Assembly (NCBI GenBank): GCA_002269645.1
Contig: NIVC01000353.1
Span: 186,001 to 250,000 of the forward strand
Length of the DNA stretch: 64,000 nucleotides
DNA from: Macrostomum lignano
Taxonomy: Eukaryota
Reading direction: 5' to 3'
The notes under the pieces are model-generated. The model was not told the origin of the DNA, did not search any database, and saw nothing but the letters and a program-made list of their open reading frames with translations. A program made the translations under genes and the position numbers. Of this stretch, positions 42,536 through 54,691 are shown one piece after another. Position 1 is the stretch's first letter; every line of letters begins with the position of its first letter.

Positions 42536-42554
42536 CGTGGTGCATTCTCATTGG
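42536..42554 (-). promoter_or_regulatory. ER stress response element (ERSE) upstream of BiP, with an adjacent UPRE/CRE-like TGACGTG
   Basis: Minus strand reads CCAAT-GAGAATGCA-CCACG, an exact CCAAT-N9-CCACG. TGACGTG lies at 42524-42530 and a TATA-like TTTAAATA about 50 bp downstream (about 42482-42489). Confidence 0.85.
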
Positions 42555-42805
42555 CTGGCGTTTCTAGGAAAGCAAGTTCATGACGTTTAAAACTCTGATA
42601 AATACAAAATTATAATGCTGCTTCGAGATACTCTACTGATAGTAGAAAAAAAGAAATCTGATTACATCTGAAGATATTTTTTTGCCGCTAGATAATAGCT
42701 GAAAGGTACACTTGCAGAATACTTTCACAAGTGCGTAAATTTTAAGTTTTTATTCTAAGTAGTTGAACTAGATTTGAATATTAATTTCTTGTTTTGGGCA
42801 TCTGT

Positions 42806-44287
42806 CAGTATGACCACCAACAAAAATGTGAAAAATAACACAGCTAGAAAGAAAAAAACAGCAGCTACTTAAATGAAGAAAAAGTGAAAAACATTCACTA
42901 TAGCAATTTTGCAAATGCTTACTTATTGTCCGAATAGCAATTCTCATTTTAATTCATTCCAGCTTCAAGCATGCACATTTTCATCTTAAATCGACATCGT
43001 CATCAATCATACGTTGTAGGGATGGATTGAAACGGTATATATAGTCAATCAATTTTAAAGTTCACAAGAATCACGACTGCAGAACTCGTGATTTGTATGT
43101 CATCAATTCAACGTCCCCTCCCCCTAGTAGAAGGCGCACTAGAGAGCCTCGACTTCTTTGCAGCTGGAGCTGGGCCTCGGCGCTGGCGCAATTCCTGTTC
43201 AGCTGAAGCTGCTTCTGTAAGCAGCTCCTGCGCCTTCCTACGCATGGCATCAATATTTCGCTGTGTCGTTGCATCCTTTTGCAACTGCTGCAAATTTTGC
43301 TGCTGTGAACTAAAAGGCAGCTTGGAGCCTGTTCGCTGTTCATTGTTTCTTCAGTCTTCTTCGAGCGCACTCTTTCATCCGCTTTTGCTTTTGCTGCAAA
43401 ACCCGCTCTGACGAGGTCGACTCCGACATTGGCCGTGATGCACGAGGCACCGTGGAATTTCATCCAGGTCTTGATAGCAATTAGCGAGTCCAACGTTGCA
43501 TCACGTAGCTGATTGCGCTGCTTCGTTAAGTTGTTTGCGAGCCAGTTTAGTACCCGCTATCGGCATTGCCGTGTGGAAGGCTGCAAGTACGAGTAGTTCG
43601 AGCAAGCAGTGTCAGCAGGGGAAATCTTTCAGCTGATACTTTGGCCCAGAATTTCTCGGGCATCGTTTCGTCCTTCAATGATGCAGGGCAGTCGGAACGC
43701 AAAGTAGCAAATTCAACTCGCAGGTTGTCGAGTTCGCTCCTGGGCACAACAGAAGGCATGGCCTGTGCAACAGGTAAAATGTAGCCGTCAAACGTGCAAT
43801 CTGATGAAAGGAAGAACTCTGGCTTCAGAAAGCTGGTTCCTCTCAGAACTTTGTTGTCCAGTGGCAGGTACTTTAAAAGTCGAACAATGAGTTCTCCATA
43901 GAACTGACGAACAGACATATTGAATGCCACCTTTTGAACGCCTGTGAGCTCCTTAATAGTGTCCCTTGTCAAACCGCCAACTGCTAGCTCGCCATTAGTG
44001 ACCTGACAGCTGCGGTCTCTGGCCTTCTCTGCCAGGTATTTCAACGTTGTGGCCTCCTCAATTACGTCAGGACGCATAAAGGGCTGGGCTAGTGGCCTTC
44101 CTTGCTACTGCCAGTTGCTTTCCACCCAGGTAGAAAATATAAAAACACAAGAAAAAGCTAAATTGGGCTGTTTATTGTAGTTTAACACGGAAAAGGGATG
44201 ACTTCTTAAAAAAACACAATAACACAGCTATTGGTTACATTGGTTACAGCACAGAAAAACACAAATAACACAGCAGTGGTCACACTG
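42806..44287 (-). mobile_element. Internally deleted hAT DNA transposon (1482 bp) retaining the transposase C-terminus
   Basis: TIRs CAGTATGACCAC (42806-42817) and GTGGTCACACTG (44276-44287) match at 11/12. Perfect 8-bp TSD GCATCTGT at 42798-42805 and 44288-44295. hAT dimerisation motif FWAKV..RFPLLTLLA..LPHGNAD, then after a frameshift LTKQRNQLRDATLDSLIAIK. Confidence 0.93.
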
Positions 44288-45045
44288 GCATCTGTGCAAA
44301 TAGTGTTCTGCAGATGAAATAAAGGTTTTGTTTAAACAATAATTAGATTTTAACCAGTTTAGTTCTCAGATTTTCCTGAAGATTCGAATTTCCAAGTTAG
44401 AGTATAACTTTCATACAAATTGTAAGCCTACATCTAGCGCCATCTCTAAGCGTTAATTACAAAATGCCATTTAATCTGCATGTAGCTGTCGAAATTGGCT
44501 TAAAGGCGAAAGCAAAGTGTAGGCAGATTTTAAATAAAGAAAAAATTGAGTAAAATCAAAACTTCAATCTTTATCGTTTAGTCGAAATATACGTAGTGCT
44601 TATAGCTCGTATTTAACATAATGAAGGAATTAATACAAAAATGGTTATATTATTTCTTCGCAAAATACCAAATACATTATTTAAAAATTTGCCCAAAATT
44701 ACTAATAATGTTTTAATTGCATGCTTACACAAGACTTCTACATTATATTATCAATAACGAAATACTACTGTAATTATCAGTTGAAAAATAGTAGGCTATT
44801 GTACAAATCCTGGCTGTAGGCTGAGACTCAATGCGTAGAAAAAAGTACATTTCAAAAAATATATATAATCAACAGCTGGACTTACAAAGCGCGCGCAGCA
44901 TTATTTTACAGTAAAAATTATTTAACAATCAACTGATACGTGCGAGAAAATTTATAAGCTATTCTTAGAGAAAGAACGCCGTGTTGAAACGCGTGATTTA
45001 ATCAATACTGGGCTAACTGCTGATTGCTTTGAACTCTAGGATTGG

Positions 45046-45580
45046 AGAAGAGAGCTGCTAAGGGGCTCTAGATTGCTGAAGAGCTCTGTTGCTAGGGCCC
45101 ATGTTGGAGAATAGCATTGTGGCTAGAGACTCTAGATTGGAGAAGAGCTCTGATGCTAGGGCCCATGTTGGAGAATAGCATTGTTGCTAGAGACTCTAGA
45201 TTGCTGAAGAGCTCTGTTGCTAGGGCCCATGTTGGAGAATAGCATTGTGGCTAGAGACTAGATTGGAGAAGAGCTCTGTTGCTAGGGCCCATGTTGGAGA
45301 ATAGCATTGTGGCTAGAGACTCTAGATTGGAGAAGAGCTCTGATGCTAGGGCCCATGTTGGAGAATAGCATTGTTGCTAGAGACTCTAGATTGGAGAAGA
45401 GCTCTGTTGCTAGGGCCCATGTTGGAGAATAGCATTGTGGCTAGAGACTCTAGATTGGAGAAGAGCTCTGTTGCTAGGGCCCATGTTGGAGAATAGCATT
45501 GTTGCTAGAGACTCTAGATTGGAGAAGAGCTCTGTTGCTAGGGCCTCTGTGTTGGAGACTGGCATTGTTGCTAGGGACTG
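45046..45580. repeat. 64-bp minisatellite, about 8 copies
   Basis: GAGACTCTAG recurs at 45126 and 45190, continuing with small indels. Confidence 0.93.
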
Positions 45581-46251
45581 CAGAGACTGAACAGGGCTGC
45601 TAGTCTTAATATTAAAGGTAAAGGTGTGTCAGGGGCTGTAGTATACATGCATCTAGAAGGTACGGCAGCCATTATAAGTAGAATGTAGAAGATGGCTGAT
45701 AAAATGGAAGAGCACTTATGAAAAATCTAAATTAAAAACGCACATATGCACTTGCCGCAAAAAGCCCAGTATTGTTATTATAAAGGAACACAAAAATCGC
45801 ATTTATAGACTTTTCCGCGAAAAGATTGCTTAATTAATTAATCAACAGGTGAATAAAACAGACACGGCTATACCGGTTTTCGCATTAATTGAATAGGAAT
45901 CAACTGAAAGGGCAAACATTCTGAGGAAACTTCATAATTTACAAAAAATCGAAATCTATGCAATACTCAAAATAGTGGAAAATTTCCGGCTTAGCCTCTG
46001 TTTAAGTCGAGTTAATTTAATTGCTTTATTGCTTGGCGAAACTTGGTTGCACTGTTCTATCAGTTTGTATTTGTTTTCATCATTTGTTACGCAGTCAATT
46101 TCTTTCGGATTTGCATTTGTTTTAATCATTTGTTACGCAGTCAATTTCTTTCGGATTTGCATTTGTTTTAATCATTTGTTACGCAGTTAATTTCTTCCGG
46201 ATTGATATTCGTAAAAAAGATACGATTTTTAAAATTAGTTAAACAAAAAAT

Positions 46252-49200
46252 TCACTCGTCTCTAGCGGCGGCCGCTTCTGCGGCGGCTTTCTCGATGCCC
46301 TCAATTCGATGCCGCTCCGCAGCCGATCGATTCAATCTGCCGTCCATATACTTCAAATCCCACAGGTAGAGCAGGGAGCAGAAGATCAAAGCCAAACAGA
46401 GCCACATTAGAAAGAACACCTCCAGCATTAAATAGCCTTTAGCATCGACAATAGCACCCGTGGCCAAATTGACGCAGGCTAGTCCGAGGTTCTGCACCGA
46501 TTGCATAATGCCGTAGGCTGTACCCAGGGCCCTACTAGGGACACAATGAGACACCAGCGGCCACAGTGAAGCGGCCACAATGCTGTAGCTAACGCCGAAC
46601 CAAGCCATCAAAGCGTACGGATTCAAATTGAAGGTGAACGCTAAGCAAATATGACAGCCCAGGGTCAAAAATGTACCAAACATAATCCAGAGAACGTTGC
46701 GACCAGTTCTGTCAATCAGAAAGCCGCATATTGGGCTAGCCACTGCGCTAACAATATAGGGCAAGCTGGTGATGGCGTCAGCGGCGTCCGGGCTGGTCTG
46801 GTAGCGACGCAGGAAGAACACCTCGCCAAGGCTGATGAAGGGGAACACGCTGACGTAGTAGGCTACGCAGATGATGCACAATAGCCAGACGGGCAGTGGG
46901 AAACGGGTGATGTCGCGCAGCTCGATCTTTTCCCCAGTAGCGGCAGCCTGGGATTAGGGAAATTAAGAAAAAAGCCATGCGATTGTTTGCTGCGGTTTAT
47001 ACTGCGGTGTATCAGTCAGGAACGCAATCAGGATGTCAAACTTTAGGAAACAGGCCTTCAATTAATATTTAGATAGTTAGCGGGTCATAAGAGTCAGGGT
47101 GTTACTCCGTAAGAATCAAGGTGTCACCAAATAAGAACTAGGGTGTCCTTAAATCAGAAATCAGGGTGTCACTCCATCAGAAATCAGGGTGTCACTCCAT
47201 CAGAAATCAGGGTGTCACTCCATCAGAAATCAGGGTGTCACTCCATCAGAAATCAGGGTGTCACTCCATCAGAAATCAGGGTGTCACTCCATCAGAAATC
47301 AGGGTGTCACTCCATCAGAAATCAGGGTGTCACTCCATCAGAAATCAGGGTGTCACTCCATCAGAAATCAGGGTGTCACTCCATCAGAAATCAGGGTGTC
47401 ACTCCATCAGAAATCAGGCTGTCACTCCATCAGAAATCAGGGTGTCACTCCATCAGAAATCAGGGTGTCACTCCATCAGAAATCAGGGTGTCACTCCATC
47501 AGAAATCAGGGTGTCACTCCATCAGAAATCAGGCTGTCACTCCATCAGAAATCAGGGTGTCACTCCATCAGAAATCAGGGTGTCACTCCATCAGAAATCA
47601 GGGTGTCACTCCATCAGAAATCAGGGTGTCACTCCATCAGAAATCAGGCTGTCACTCCATCAGAAATCAGGGTGTCACTCCATCAGAAATCAGGGTGTCA
47701 CTCCATCAGAAATCAGGGTGTCACTCCATCAGAAATCAGGGTGTCACTCCACCAGAAATCAGGGTCACTCCATCAGAAATCAGGGTGTCACTCCATCAGA
47801 AATCAGGGTGTCACTCCATCAGAAATCAGGGTGTCACTCCACCAGAAATCAGGGTCACTCCATCAGAAATCAGGGTGTTCCTCTCTCATAACCCAGACGG
47901 AAATTATTAAATAATTAACATATTTAAAACGTACCCAGCAAAGTGTGTGAAAACAATTGTTTAGAAGCCTTTAGAAGCCAGAGTAACAAAAATGATATAA
48001 TTAGTGAAAAGGTTTAACAGTCGATAATAACCCACCTGTTGTCCTAAAAGTCGCTTAGCCCGACGATCGATAAACGCCAGCAGAATGGTGCACATGACAG
48101 AGAACACGCAAGTAGCAGACGCGATTAATAACACAACGCCCATATGCTTCGGCGGAGTTAAATTAGTCAAAGATTTCGCTTTGTAAATCGGTTGCATAAC
48201 ATTCATATTAACGGTACTACCAATTCGAGACATGCTTAACAGAACGCCGAACACCATGTTTAATTCGTGATCGCGGAACCACGATATAGCGTAGGTGTTC
48301 TGCGCTACGGCCAGACTCTCGCCACCAATGCCAAACAGGAACCTAGCAAAGTACATCAGGCCGAGCAAGTTAAAGAAGGCGCCAGCAGCGAACACTACCT
48401 GGCCTACTAGGCAGAAAGAGGCGAATATGAAAGCTCCTAGGCGAATACCAAATACTCGATCGATTAGAAATCCACCAATCATTGATAAGACCACATTAGG
48501 CCAAGAGTACCAAGAGTACAGTGCGGAATATTCGGACGTTGATAGGCCCAGTTTTTCTATGAAAATGTCCTGCAGAGCGGCCGGATTGTCGTAACAAAAA
48601 TACGAGCCAAACGATAGAAAGCACATCACCGCTAGAACCATGTAGCGATGGAGAGGGCGTCTGGGGTTGCAGCATGCCTCCGGCTGGCATCCTGTGTGGC
48701 AGTATGCGTTTTTTATCACATTGTGTGGATTGCGGGATGATCAGTTGGTTTGGGTCACCTCAACCATGTTATTCGTGTTTTAGTCATTTCTATTGCTTCT
48801 ATAAATAGTTGATACTGTAAGAGTTCTAGACTCTGCATTGTGCAATGTATTCATGGTATTTGTAAGGTGCTGGGTCTACATAGTTCTAAAGATCTATTGA
48901 TACGTGTCAACAACATTTTATACCTTGACTGTGGGCCAGTGTTTTATTTAACTATTAGAATTGCAATGCCTTTGGCATTCTTGAGTCTTTATTCAGGAAT
49001 TTATCCAAATTGAAAACCAGAATGCCAACTAGTATTGCTTAAAAAACCTAATGAAATACCAAAATCTATATACTAAATGCTAAGCCTTTCTGAGTCTCTG
49101 ACCCACAGAATTAGCAGATGGCTATAGACTAGATTATAAAATAAGCCTAATTCAATGGTCTTGAGGCATTTGGACACCAATATATTGAAACTATTTAAAT

Positions 49201-52200
49201 CTTTTAGTCATAACTGATAAAAATCTACAAAATCCAAGAATCTTTTGGAGACTTAACTTTTCTAAATTGCCCACAGGAGCAAATCTAAAAAAACATATAA
49301 AGGCCCTATCAATGTATCAAATATATAATTGCATAGGAAAACTTTGATCATAGTGCACAGCTACAAAAAATCACACAAATCATAATTTTCATAGTTCCCT
49401 AACTCTTTTTAGTTCTTTTGTTATACCTTAAATGGTAAAATTAGACTTTTTAATAAAACTTGATTTTAATGGTTTTCCTAACGTAAGAAGTACTTAGGCA
49501 AATGACTTCAGGATTGGAGATTTCCTCCCAGTTTACCTTGATTGTGTCATAAATTCTGATATTGGTAACAAAACAAGCATCCCATTTGTACATTTTCAAG
49601 TTTTTAATACTGTTTAGCTTAGCATATGTACATAGCCACAATCTTCTAGGCCTCTACCTATTCCTGCTTGGGGTACCAATGTACATAAGGGGGTGTCAGG
49701 GAAGAGGAAGACACGCCATATATATAGCTGCACCCACTAGTGCCCAGTTTTATTGATCTTCCAAGTTCCACATTGATCTAAATAAGAAGATAAACAAGAA
49801 CTCAGGGTAAACAAAACACAACCAAGGAAGGGGCTTTCAGTGGCCTAGCCCTATCTAGCCGTCCACTTTCTAGGCCTCCCTGCACCTGCCACCTTATGCA
49901 GAGGCAGAGCAGATTGTTAAAGTATATATACACTATGGTGTACATATATACATGTAGTGACTGGCTGCTAACTGGCTATTCAGCAGCATTCACTAGCTTT
50001 CCCTAAGGGTGCTGTGATCCACTGCACAGTTGCTCAGTCCACCTGATCTAGTGAGAGAGATACTCTGTGCTAGGCCTATGTGTTTACTGCCCAATGACTC
50101 ATCGCCTGAGCAGGTGCGGGCAGCCATACTCAATGTCTTCCCACTTGCGCTGAGGAGGCATTGCAGGATGACTTATCACCTGCGCGGAGTGTAAGGGCTG
50201 CCTAGAGGGAGTAAACAGGATGACTCATCTGCCTACATTTCTATTTTTAGCACAGACTAAGCACGTGACTGTGCACGCACTCTGTGCGTGGCCACTGACC
50301 TTGAGTCACGCCACTGCTGCGTGACAGGGTTGCCTTATTTGGAAGTTGGCCTTGGATCACGTGTCGCCCACATGATTCCAATGCCCAAATAAGGAAGTTT
50401 TACGCACTCACCACATGAAAGTCATGTGACTTTTGGGGGTCCACTCGGCTATAAATATGGAGCATCTGCGAGCCATTTTTCTCCACATCGTGTCGTCCTG
50501 CCTGGGCTCGACTGGAGCTGCCTCTGTCTCCGAGCTTTCCTCTTTCATTTCAGGTTTTCAGGTTTTCAGGTTCAAGCAGCATTCTACTAAGACGATTGAC
50601 TGTTGAGACATTTTTTCAGAATTGCCTTTGCTCCGAGCAACTTTGTTATTTTTCTTTCAGGTGACGGATAGACAACTCTGCCGACGCGTCAAGTCCGCAC
50701 ACCAAGGTGGCAGCAACCCTACCAAGTCACGGCAACATTTTAGGTTCATTTTCAGGCAAATCGATAGGTAGTGCTGCAGTGCTATCTAGCTTCTTCAGGA
50801 GCAGTGGGTTCTATTTTCTAGGAACATCTTCGAGAACCCAAGAAAGAGCCAAACTTTACATACACAAAGCTCTTATTCCCCTCTAGCCTACCCAGCCAAA
50901 CCCAATCATATACCCAGAGCCTAGACCCCACCCTAGCCTATCTTAGCAAGTTTCATTTCTTTCCCTGTCTTAGGAGCCAGGGTCTGCCTGCTAGTGCTGC
51001 CTCTAAGTCTGAACAATCCAGACTCCGGATGGTATACATGTATGCCGGAATTTTCTAGCATACAGAGGGACCTAGATTATACATTGGCGTACAACTTGGC
51101 ATACAAAGGTGCCTGGCGTGCCCTCTTGGTGTATAGAGATTGCCGAGACTAGCAGGTGGGACCAAAAGTTCCAAGTCCCAACAATCAATCTACATAATTA
51201 GCATACAAAAATGATTAAGTTTGCATTTGGCATAGTTTCCATATACATAGTTATAGTAGCTAAATTTTGATCAGAAAGAATAGCCGGCCCTTTACGAAAA
51301 AAAATGGAAAACAAAATTAAAAAAACTGGGTTTAACTTTTCCAAGAAAGTAAAAGTAAAACAAAAATAGTTGTAATGAACTAGTTCTCTACAGTTTAGTA
51401 AAAAGATTTTTAGTTTTAACATATAGGTTGTTTGAATATAAAATTTTGCAAGCTTTTAATATTAGTTGTAATTTGTAATTTTTATTTTGGCATATTTTTG
51501 TATGTGATAAAAAGTTTGTTGGCATACATTGGCATGCATGAGCTACGGAAGCAATTTTCATTCCGGCATATAGCAGTACACGATCTTGACCCTAGTGAAC
51601 AATGACCACAGTTGGAATTTATCTATCCCTGCTATCTTTCTAGACTGCACACTATACAGTGAACAACATAATGCACATGCACATGTACTATACCATCATA
51701 AATTAATCATAATATCTTGCTTTTTACTATTTTAATAACTCAGTTTCCAATTTTCACATTTTAATATTTAAATCCTGAATCCTTGACTTCTAATCCTGGG
51801 ATCCCATAATCCTATGAATGTCTAAATCCTGGGATTTTGGGATCCCAGGATTGCAACCCCTAATTAAAACCTAAAAATACTAAAAAATAACTTCCTAGCT
51901 CTTAATAGAATCTTTAGTTTAGAATTTTAAATAAATTTACATTATTATATCTTTATTATAAAGATATTATCATTTTTTTATAATCTTTATCTTTATTATA
52001 TCTTTAGCAAATTATAACAATGACAGTTGAGTTTGAGTTAAATTTGCCAACAATATGAATAAAATAATAAAGTTATCTAAAAAGTTTCCTACTTAGCAAT
52101 ATAACAAAGAGGCAATGTTGCAGTTTGTTTCGCGTAATTATTTTTACTTTTGAATACGCACCAACATGTCACGGAGGGTTTAAATTTGTGCTGACTTGTC

Positions 52201-52969
52201 ATGCCACATCATCCTAAAAGGCCATAGACACTTTTGGGCAAGTTTTAGTGAGGGGTGAAGGCAACAATCTTTTATACTGCTCAATATTTCCCAACCTAGA
52301 TTCGGCTAGAATTGCTTTAGATATACAATATTTTGCAAGTCATGGCAGGACGTCCAGCTGCACAATCATTTATAATCCCACATCCAATGCTCTCTTTGAA
52401 AGTCATCTCGAAGAGTTCCTCTGGTGTCTTATGTACCCTACCATTACCAACATCTTTGGTGCAATGCTGTATTAGATTGCCCATTACTATTCCCTATGAG
52501 GATTTGAGTTCTGAGACTTGTTTTGAGCAACTTTTGAGGATTCAGTGACTAAGGAGCAATGTTATAGTCCTGTTAATGTTCACTTGTTTGATTGTTCATG
52601 ACATTGGCGCATATTCAATAGTAAAAATAATTACACAAAACAAACTAGGCCTACAACATTGCCAACAAAGAATATAGTTTGATTGAATTACTTCGATTGA
52701 GATGGTATGAATAATTATTGATTAATAACTTTAATTCAATCAAGACTAGGGCCTAGACGTCACTAGAGCATTGTAAATGTATATAACTTTTTAAAAAAAG
52801 TTTAAATTAATTCACTATTTAAAAACAACTAGGCCTAGTATAAAATTTGACGCTAATAAAAACCAATTTACTACTTTTTACCTGTATATTCTTGAATTTC
52901 ATCACTTTCGCTCAAGCCATCTTGTGCTGGTTGAAGAAGTGGGCTTCTTTCAGTTACGTTTTGGTCCAT
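46252..52969 (-). CDS. MFSD1: Lysosomal MFS transporter MFSD1, 3 exons, about 479 aa
   Basis: Exons 52969-52882, 48691-48036, 46947-46252 total 1440 nt in phase. N-terminal dileucine signal ERSPLL; motifs MCFLSFGSYFCYDNPAALQ, YSWPNVVL, GGFLIDRVFGIR, GGESLAVAQNTY, GTAYGIMQSVQNLGLA. Confidence 0.96.
47140..47880. repeat. 23-bp minisatellite (GTGTCACTCCATCAGAAATCAGG) in MFSD1 intron 2 with 115-bp higher-order period
   Basis: Variant AGGCT recurs at 47419, 47534 and 47649. Confidence 0.97.
49953..50860 (+). mobile_element. Solo-LTR-like element in MFSD1 intron 1, antisense to the gene; right boundary 50860 or about 51038
   Basis: Begins TGTAGTGA like the Gypsy LTR at 59409. GGCTATAAATA..GGAGC TATA context is shared with that LTR. 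Candidate end TTTACA at 50860 with TSD TACA/TACA. No coding sequence. Confidence 0.6.
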
Positions 52970-54234
52970 TAGTAACGAATGAAGTTAAACTTAAAGTATT
53001 TTCTATTAACGCAACAGTTTTTGTAGGCATATACTCTACTGCCAGCAATAAACACAGAAAATTATTTCGATGTACTAGCTACCTTGAATCACCTGTATAA
53101 AATTGCTTAATTCTTCGTACCGGATAGAACAACAACATGTGATTGTCGGCTGATTATAAAAATTATTTTCCTATCGAAATATTTTCTACAAATACTAAAC
53201 ATTTTGTGGATGTCGTCACGTAGTTACTTTTTTCAGAAAAGTAATCAGGTAAAATATCTAAAATCTTTAAAGCTCTTTCAAACACGCTCTGTACGGTTTG
53301 TTAGTTTTGGGTTTACTGCCGGCTTTACGTAAACTGCATGGACATGAACATTGGCCAGATCCAGAGAATTATAGGGGTAGCGTCCCTCAGATTTGGTCTA
53401 ACAATGATGTCCACTCAAAATCTTGTCTTGAGCGTACATGAACGCATAACAGTTCCTAAATTTCTAAAATTACTGGACATAACACTGCATTGTACGTGTA
53501 ACCGTAAATACTTTTCGTCGTTTAACCATCGAATCCCCACTTTCCACAGCCCCATAGTGGAATGCGAATAACTGACATTTAACTGATAAAATATCGTTGC
53601 CAAAATAGATCATATCGATAATAGATCAAATAGTGTGCATATCGCTTTGTCTAATGTAAGCCGTTTACCAAAAGCTTCTGGGCATAATAGGCAAATGCAA
53701 GCTTTACATGATGCTTACAAGATTATACCTTATAATTTTATAGATCGAAGAATGGAATTAATGCCATCTAGGGCTTACCGGCACCGGCACACAGACCTGT
53801 GTGAATGAACGTACTATCGTTTGTAAGTATTAGCTCTACTTATATGTAACTGTTACATAGAGCTAGAACTATCGATAATAAACTGCTTTAAGACACCAAG
53901 ACGCACTTTGACTCGTAAAGTTAAATTCAAAATCATTTATTATAAATATTCCATCCATGATAAATAAGTCAAACGCAATACCATTTTAACCGAGTGCAGT
54001 AAGCGGAGCAAGCAAAAACATAAAATTTATCGTTACATTCGTAACAAAGATTAGCTAGCGAATGCTCAGGAGCAACTTTAAACTTGTGCATTAACAATTA
54101 GAATTGTTAATGTTTTTAGTAGTAGAAAGTGTGTTTGTCAGGCAAAGAGTGTTGATATTTATTTAGGAAACATGAAATAATGGTTTACGAAGGCTGATTT
54201 TTGTAAAAGAAAACGATTCGGGGATAAGAATGAA

Positions 54235-54645
54235 TGTCAATTATTCAGATGATTTGAAGGCCAATTATTCAGTGGATTTGAAGGTTGATTAATCTGAGGA
54301 TTTGAAGGCTTACTATTCGGAGGATTTGAAGGCTGATTGTTCTGGGGATTTTAGGGCCGATTATCATGAGTATTTGAAGGCTGATTATTCTGAGGATTTG
54401 AAGGCTTATTATTCGGAGGATTTGAAGGCTGATTGTTCTGGGGATTTGAGGGCCGATTATCATGAGTATTTGAAGGCTGATTATTCTGAGGATTTGAAGG
54501 TTCATTATTCTGAGGATTTGAAGGCTGATTATTCTGAGGATTTGAAGGTTCATTATTCTGAGGATTTGAAGGCTGATTATTCTGATAATATGAAGGCCGA
54601 TTATTCAGTGGATTTGAAGGTTGATTATTCTGAAGATTTGAAGGC
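54235..54645. repeat. 24-bp minisatellite (TGAGGATTTGAAGGCTGATTATTC) just downstream of the POLR3F stop
   Basis: Direct reading; explains the EDLKADYS ORF. Confidence 0.93.
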
Positions 54646-54691
54646 CTACAAGAAGTATAATTCTCTAAAAATGCTAAACTTGTCCACCACA

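Noticed and set aside
44870-45030. Protein-like stretch KLFNNQLIRARKFYKLFLEKERRVETRDL
   Set aside because: Preceded by an in-frame TAA with no start or usable acceptor; cannot be supported.
53210-53830. Possible plus-strand gene head-to-head with MFSD1 (MSSRSYFFQKSNQ, ORF 53338-53571, exon-like 53742-53822)
   Set aside because: No phase-consistent model without stops and no recognisable homology.
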